Source of the DNA: an uncultured Planctomycetia bacterium
GTDB lineage: Bacteria > Omnitrophota > Gorgyraeia > Duberdicusellales > 4484-171
Assembly (NCBI GenBank): GCA_964635565.1
Contig: CAZWON010000001.1
Location: 7,020 to 71,019 of the forward strand
Direction: 5' to 3'
Length of the DNA stretch: 64,000 nucleotides
Positions 59,016 to 64,000 of the stretch are shown piece after piece. How positions within the stretch are numbered: position 1 is the stretch's first letter; each line of letters begins with the position of its first letter. The notes below the pieces were generated by a model. It did no database searches. It was not told the DNA's origin and saw only the letters and a list, made by a program, of their open reading frames with translations. The position numbers were made by a program, and so were the translations under genes.

Positions 59016-60389
59016 TTGAGATTAATTAATATGGATTTAAGTAAGAAAATGGTCAAAGTAAATCCTTTTTACAAGATTAGAAGAGAGATTACTGTTCCTT
59101 CTGATAAGTCTATTTCTCACCGTGCTGTTTTTATATCTTCTCTTGCTAAAGGAAAAACAACGATATATAACTTTCTTAATAGTGAGGATACACTTGCTTC
59201 TTTAGAATGCATGAGACAATTGGGAGTAGGTATAAAGAGATTATTTAAAGAAAGGTTAATAATTTCTTCAAGGGGAAAATATTTTCCTAAAAGACAATAC
59301 ACAGTATTAAATGCCTATCAATCAGGTACTACTTTCCGTCTCATAAGTGGCCTTTTAGTAGGTCAACCTTTTAAGACAAAAATTGAAGCAAGTGGTTCTT
59401 TAAAGAAAAGACCGATGAAAAGGATTACCCATCCTCTCAGGTTTATGGGAGCAAGAATAAAGGGAAGACTAAAAGGGAGCGAGGAATTTCCTCCTCTATA
59501 TATACATCCTGTTAAAAATTTATATGGGATAAGATATAGGCTTCCTGTTAGTAGTGCCCAGGTTAAATCAGCAATTATTTTTGCTTCATTGTTTGCAGAA
59601 GGGTCAACTAAAATAGAGGAGATTTATCCTTCCCGTGATCATACAGAAAGAATGCTTAAATTTTTTGGAGCTTTTTTAAAGAAGGAAAAAAGATTTATTT
59701 ATTCCCAGGCTCAAGATATCAAAGCATCCCCAGAAATATTTATTCCTGGGGATTTCTCTTCCGCGGCATTCTTTATTACCTTAGGTATTCTCTTAAAAGA
59801 TTCAGAATTATGTATTAAAAAAGTAGGTATTAATCCTACAAGAATAGGATTTCTAAATGTATTAAAAAGGATGGGTGCGCGTATTAAGATAGTAAATAAG
59901 AAGAATTATTTTGAGCCTTTTGCTGATATTATAGTTAGTTCTTCTTTGCTAGTCTCAACGGTTGTGAGAAAAGAAGAGATACCTTTAATGATTGATGAGA
60001 TACCTTTATTATTTGTTTGTGCTTCTTTTGCAAAAGGTACGACTATAATTTACGGGCTTAAAGAACTGAAGGTAAAAGAGACAGATCGTATTTCTTCGAT
60101 GATTTACAATCTTAAACTTTTAGGAATTAATATAGGTGTCCATTTTTTTAAAGGAGATTGGTGTGTTGTAGTTAAAGGCATAGGAGAGGATAGGAGGCGA
60201 TTAAAATCAGGAAATTTAAAGAGTTTTGGTGACCATCGCACTGCCATGAGCACAATAATTATGGGTATAGCCTCAGGATGTACACATACCCTTGATGACA
60301 TTCAATGTATAAACAAGTCATTTCCTGATTTTATAAGAAAAATAAATCTATTGCATAAAAGAGCAGTGGTTAACTATGAGGATAGCTAA
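59016..60389 (+). CDS. aroA: 3-phosphoshikimate 1-carboxyvinyltransferase (EPSP synthase)
   Basis: VPSDKSISHRA motif. Alternative start at 59031 (MDLSKK). Confidence 0.88.
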   Translation: MRLINMDLSKKMVKVNPFYKIRREITVPSDKSISHRAVFISSLAKGKTTIYNFLNSEDTLASLECMRQLGVGIKRLFKERLIISSRGKYFPKRQYTVLNAYQSGTTFRLISGLLVGQPFKTKIEASGSLKKRPMKRITHPLRFMGARIKGRLKGSEEFPPLYIHPVKNLYGIRYRLPVSSAQVKSAIIFASLFAEGSTKIEEIYPSRDHTERMLKFFGAFLKKEKRFIYSQAQDIKASPEIFIPGDFSSAAFFITLGILLKDSELCIKKVGINPTRIGFLNVLKRMGARIKIVNKKNYFEPFADIIVSSSLLVSTVVRKEEIPLMIDEIPLLFVCASFAKGTTIIYGLKELKVKETDRISSMIYNLKLLGINIGVHFFKGDWCVVVKGIGEDRRRLKSGNLKSFGDHRTAMSTIIMGIASGCTHTLDDIQCINKSFPDFIRKINLLHKRAVVNYEDS

Positions 60390-61134
60390 AATTATTTACA
60401 AGAAGAAAAAGAAATGGGGTATATTAGAAGATGATTCTATAATAATTTTAAAAGAACCCCCTTTTAATAGTTTTAAGTTGACAAAAGAAAAGATTCCTTT
60501 AAGTAAGGTTAAGTTTTTAGTCCCTGCTTCACCTACAAAGATAGTTTTGGTGGGTTTAAATTATAAGGACCATGCTAAAGAGCTTAAAATGAGACTTCCC
60601 AAAGAACCGATTATATTTCTGAAACCGCCAAGTACCCTCATTGCTCACAAAGAAAGTATCATTTATCCCAAAGGTGTGAAGCGCCTTGATTACGAAGCGG
60701 AAGTTGCTGTAGTAATTAAGAAAAAAGTAAAGGGTATTTCTCCTCAAAGAGTTAGAGAGTATATTTTGGGATATACGTGCCTTAATGATGTTACTGCACG
60801 CAATTTACAGAAAAAAGACATCCAGTGGACACGAGCAAAGTCTTTTGATACTTTTTGTCCTTGTGGGCCATATGTTAATACAGATTTTTCTGGTAATCTA
60901 AGAATAAGAACCTATCTTAATGGTGTTCTTAAACAAGATTCTTCTACAAGCAATTTTATTTTCCCTATAGAAAAGTTGGTCTCTTTTATTTCTAAAATAA
61001 TGACGCTTTATCCTGGGGATATTGTTTCTACAGGAACTCCTTCAGGTATTGGACCTATGAAAGGGGGAGATGCTATTGAGATAGTGGTTGATGGTATAAG
61101 CCCCTTATGTAACAGAGTAGTTTTTGGCAGTTAA
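60376..61134 (+). CDS. Fumarylacetoacetate-hydrolase (FAH) family protein
   Basis: FAH fold (VGLNYKDHAKE, EAEVAVVI, NDVTAR). Confidence 0.7.
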   Translation: MRIAKIIYKKKKKWGILEDDSIIILKEPPFNSFKLTKEKIPLSKVKFLVPASPTKIVLVGLNYKDHAKELKMRLPKEPIIFLKPPSTLIAHKESIIYPKGVKRLDYEAEVAVVIKKKVKGISPQRVREYILGYTCLNDVTARNLQKKDIQWTRAKSFDTFCPCGPYVNTDFSGNLRIRTYLNGVLKQDSSTSNFIFPIEKLVSFISKIMTLYPGDIVSTGTPSGIGPMKGGDAIEIVVDGISPLCNRVVFGS

Positions 61135-61184
61135 GTATTTTAATTATCCCATTCTTCCATTAAACATCCTTTTAAATTAGTAAC

Positions 61185-61240
61185 TTGACATGATGGGAAT
61201 TTATATGATATACTTTGTTATGTAAATAATTAACTTAATT
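61185..61240 (+). promoter_or_regulatory. Promoter with extended -10 plus AT palindrome (possible MarR operator) upstream of the marR-efflux operon
   Basis: TTGACA(61185-61190), 18-nt spacer with TG at 61206-61207, TATACT(61209-61214). Palindrome AATTAAcTTAATT at 61228-61240 in the leader. Confidence 0.4.
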
Positions 61241-61263
61241 AAATATTAAGGAAGTTAACTATA

Positions 61264-61716
61264 ATGAAGAAAAATATGAGTGATTTTTCCTATGAAGTAC
61301 TTAATCTTATGCCCCATTTATTAAGAGGCATGGTAAGAAAACATAAAGATGATTTGACAGAAGGACTTCTTACTTTACCTCAATTTCTTGCTTTAGATTT
61401 AATTGACAGAGAGGAAGGAATGAAGATGAAAGACATTGCCCAGCAACTTAATATAAGTCTTCCTGCAGCGACAGGAATGATGGATAGGCTCTATCATTAT
61501 GGGATGATAAAAAGAGAAGCAGATACCAACGATAGGCGCATTGTGAAGATTGTCCTTACAGATAAAGGAAGAAAGACATTAAATAATACCAGAGACGCAC
61601 GAAGGAAAGCTATTGAGGATGTTTTTGGGAAGCTTTCTCAAAAAGAGAGAGAGGAGTATTTAAATATTTTAAGAAAAATAAAGAAGATACTTTATGGGAA
61701 GAAAGAAAATCTTTAA
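61264..61716 (+). CDS. MarR-family transcriptional regulator
   Basis: Winged-helix region LTLPQFLALDLI...DTNDRRIVKIVLTDKG. Confidence 0.8.
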   Translation: MKKNMSDFSYEVLNLMPHLLRGMVRKHKDDLTEGLLTLPQFLALDLIDREEGMKMKDIAQQLNISLPAATGMMDRLYHYGMIKREADTNDRRIVKIVLTDKGRKTLNNTRDARRKAIEDVFGKLSQKEREEYLNILRKIKKILYGKKENL

Positions 61717-63172
61717 GATTTTTTTGGTTCATTTATTTTTACTGGTGGGTAATCTCTTTCTTAGTTATCCCCACGATGCAGTAGATTCTATTTATGTGAG
61801 CATTTTAGATATTACGAAATTAGCCTTAAAGAATAATCTTGATATTCAAATTGCTAAGTTTGATGCCTATATAGAAAGGAATAGTCTTCTAGAGGCAGAA
61901 TCAATATTTGATACATTTTTTAATGCCCAGATAGACTACACAAAGAATAAGCTTGATACCGCTTCTGTACTTCTGGGTACAACCAGTTTAACTAATGATT
62001 ATTCTTTAGGTATTACCAAGAAAAATCCTTTTGGCACCACTTTAACTTTGAATGCTTATAACAGACGTATATGGAGTAATTCTTCTTTTTATTCCTTAAA
62101 TCCTAATACAGAAGCCAATGTAGAAATTTCTTTAGCACAATCATTGGTTAAAAACTTTTTTGGTTTTTCTGATCGTGCAAATATAAAGATTACGAAGATA
62201 AATATTGCTAATTCTGATTTTTCTTCTCTGGACAGTATAGAATTTTCTCTATCAATTGTCCAGAAAGCATATTGGGAGTTTGTTTTTCGATATAAACAGT
62301 GGCAAATAAAAAAAGATATGCTCAAAGAGGCTCAGAATCTATATGAGATTTATAAAAGAAAAATCAAGATTGGTCTTGTGGAAAAGCCTGACCTTTTAGC
62401 TGCGGAAGCAAATGTTCTTTTAAGAAAAAACGATGTTTTAAATGCTGAGATGCTTTTTAAGGAAGCGAAAAATAATCTTTTGTATCTTTTAAATATTACT
62501 GATGTTGATAAGAATATTCTTCCTTTAGATAGTTTAGATACTACAACAGAGAATTTTAACTTATATGAACAATTAAAAGTTGCTATTAACAAAAGACGTG
62601 ATTACAAAATAATAAAGAATCAGATTTCTGCTTCGCATCTTGATATGGTTTTAAAAAGGAACGCTCTTTGGCCGGAAGTTGATTTAAATGTTTCTTTTAT
62701 AAAAAATGGAATAGATTTAAATTATAAGGATGCTTGGCGAGAGGTGAGTTCTGAGAGCAACTATTCTTGGTCAGTAGGAGTTAAAGTGAATTTTCCTTTA
62801 GAAAGGAGAAAGGAGAAAGCAGATTATAATAAGGCAAAACTAAACGAGGCAAAACTATTACTTCTCCTTAAGAAGACAGAGAGGATTATTTTTAAAGAGA
62901 TTAATGATAGTATTACTGAGGTTAATATATTAGCCAGCCGGATAAAGACTTTAAGAAATATAGTAGAGTTACAAAAAAGGAAATTATCTGCCGAAGAAAC
63001 AAGACTTAGGTATGGACGCTCTTCCAGTGATATTCTTATTCGTTATCAGAACGATGTTCTTAATTCCCGTCTTTTGCTTACGGAGATGCTTTTTTCTTAT
63101 CGTATTGCGTTGGTGGAATTAGCCCGAAAGAAAAATACACTTTTATCCCAGTATTGGAAAGGGGAATTATGA
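61694..63172 (+). CDS. TolC-like outer-membrane efflux protein (OEP family)
   Basis: N-terminal signal, two OEP repeats, coiled-coil-rich 492 aa. Confidence 0.7.
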   Translation: MGRKKIFKIFLVHLFLLVGNLFLSYPHDAVDSIYVSILDITKLALKNNLDIQIAKFDAYIERNSLLEAESIFDTFFNAQIDYTKNKLDTASVLLGTTSLTNDYSLGITKKNPFGTTLTLNAYNRRIWSNSSFYSLNPNTEANVEISLAQSLVKNFFGFSDRANIKITKINIANSDFSSLDSIEFSLSIVQKAYWEFVFRYKQWQIKKDMLKEAQNLYEIYKRKIKIGLVEKPDLLAAEANVLLRKNDVLNAEMLFKEAKNNLLYLLNITDVDKNILPLDSLDTTTENFNLYEQLKVAINKRRDYKIIKNQISASHLDMVLKRNALWPEVDLNVSFIKNGIDLNYKDAWREVSSESNYSWSVGVKVNFPLERRKEKADYNKAKLNEAKLLLLLKKTERIIFKEINDSITEVNILASRIKTLRNIVELQKRKLSAEETRLRYGRSSSDILIRYQNDVLNSRLLLTEMLFSYRIALVELARKKNTLLSQYWKGEL

Positions 63173-64000
63173 AGAAACTTCCTGAATTTTCCATAAAAAA
63201 TTCTTTATTTGTCAATTTACTTTCTTGTGTTCTTATTCTCGCTGGATTTTTGTCCTTATACCATTTAAAGAGAGAAGCTTTTCCTCCTGTATCTTTTGAT
63301 GTAGTTACAGTAACTACATACTTTAGAGGAGCGGATTCTCAGAAGGTAGAAAGATTGGTTACTGCACCTTTAGAGAGGGAGCTTAGAGAAGTAAATGACA
63401 TTAAAGAGATAACTTCTTCTTCTAATGAAGGTGTTTCTTTAATTTATCTTAAGATAGTAAGTGATGTGAAGAATAAGGAAAAGGTAATGACAGATATTCA
63501 GAAGGCTGTAGATAGAGTAACCAATTTACCCCAAGATGTGGATGAACGGCCAATAGTTACGGAGGTAACCAGTGGCCAGATTCCCATAATAAAAGTAGCT
63601 TTAAGCGGAAATCTTTCTGAGTTTAAATTAAGAGAGCTTGCGGATAGACTTAAAGATTTATTGGAAAATATAAACGGTGTATCTTCTGTAGATAGAAGGG
63701 GATGGCGTGATGAAGAGTATTGGGTTCAACCTGATATTGAGAAAATGCTTAAGTTTCATATTTCCTTTTCTGAGTTAGTTTCTGCTTTATCTCGCCAGAA
63801 TGTAGATATGCCTGGGGGTAAGCTTAAAACAGAGAGAAAAGAGTTTTCTGTTAAAGTAAAAGCGGAGTTTAAAGACAAAGAAGATATTGAAAATACTGTG
63901 ATAAGAGGTAATGATTTGGGGAACTGGGTGAGGGTAAAAGATATTGCTTGGGTTAAGCATGCTTTTGAAGATGAGATAGTATTGAACAAAGTATTATCTA
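63169..64000 (+). CDS. RND-family efflux transporter (AcrB/CzcA-like), 3' end truncated at the window edge
   Basis: ATG at 63169 overlaps the TolC-like stop (ATGA). N-terminal TM1 followed by a large periplasmic porter-like domain, open to 64000. Confidence 0.7.
   Translation, partial: MKKLPEFSIKNSLFVNLLSCVLILAGFLSLYHLKREAFPPVSFDVVTVTTYFRGADSQKVERLVTAPLERELREVNDIKEITSSSNEGVSLIYLKIVSDVKNKEKVMTDIQKAVDRVTNLPQDVDERPIVTEVTSGQIPIIKVALSGNLSEFKLRELADRLKDLLENINGVSSVDRRGWRDEEYWVQPDIEKMLKFHISFSELVSALSRQNVDMPGGKLKTERKEFSVKVKAEFKDKEDIENTVIRGNDLGNWVRVKDIAWVKHAFEDEIVLNKVLS

Noticed and set aside
1-64000. CRISPR arrays, transposases, integrases, phage genes, toxin-antitoxin pairs
   Set aside because: No regularly spaced direct repeats beyond the short words in 8090-8431. 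No DDE/serine/tyrosine recombinase motifs. The MazG-like gene has no MazE/MazF partner. The window appears to be core chromosome rather than a mobile island.

Overview
This is a visibly AT-rich, very gene-dense 64-kb bacterial chromosomal segment. Every credible gene (about 70) lies on the + strand. Most reverse-strand ORFs in the track sit inside + strand genes and look spurious. Many neighbouring genes overlap by 4-8 nt (ATGA/GTGA), which implies long operons.

Content in order:
1. 1-7775: an energy-converting (group 4) membrane-bound [NiFe]-hydrogenase module. It has a NuoC-like subunit (5' end outside the window) and a bona fide NiFe large subunit, with CxxC pairs near both the N- and C-termini. 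These are fused in one operon to a complete Mrp-type cation/proton antiporter set (MrpA-like through MrpG) and a NuoI-like 2x[4Fe-4S] ferredoxin. A small MazG-like gene follows.
2. 8090-8431: a repeat-rich non-coding island.
3. 8432-11388: a translationally coupled four-gene operon. It opens with an unusual HAD-domain::hydrogenase-maturation-protease (HycI/HybD-type) fusion, followed by three lipoproteins (unknown, SNase-type thermonuclease, M48 metallopeptidase).
4. 11456-20653: a purine biosynthesis operon, purB, purL (with two PurS-like domains fused at its N-terminus), purQ, purF, purM, purD, purE.
5. 20650-23421: the Bacillus-like ywlC-ywlE-rpiB-glyA block, with TsaC and the low-molecular-weight phosphatase fused.
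6. 23493-30857: dCMP deaminase, nrdR, a DUF151 nuclease, a metallophosphoesterase, the CCA-adding enzyme, a Macro::Nudix fusion, recG, rsmD, coaD.
7. 30880-36943: the canonical yceD-rpmF-plsX-fabH-fabD-fabG-acpP-fabF cluster.
8. 37096-41282: small (archaeal-type) leuC-leuD, an unannotated 79-aa ORF, leuB, asd.
9. 41283-41839: a 557-bp ORF-free gap.
10. 41840-48469: truA, a GT-C-like membrane protein plus a PilZ protein, mreB-mreC-mreD-mrdA.
11. 48655-57246: queF, polX, apbE, panB, proC, mtnP, ileS.
12. 57215-61134: a DksA-like zinc finger, an lspA whose start appears frameshifted at a G run, rluD, aroA, an FAH-family hydrolase.
13. 61264-64000: a MarR-TolC-like-RND efflux operon (RND gene truncated at the window end).

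No rRNA, tRNA, CRISPR array, transposase or integrase could be recognised.

The most notable region is the hydrogenase/Mrp module together with the downstream repeat island and the HAD::protease-lipoprotein operon. All functional calls rest on motif-level recognition by eye; no database search was possible.
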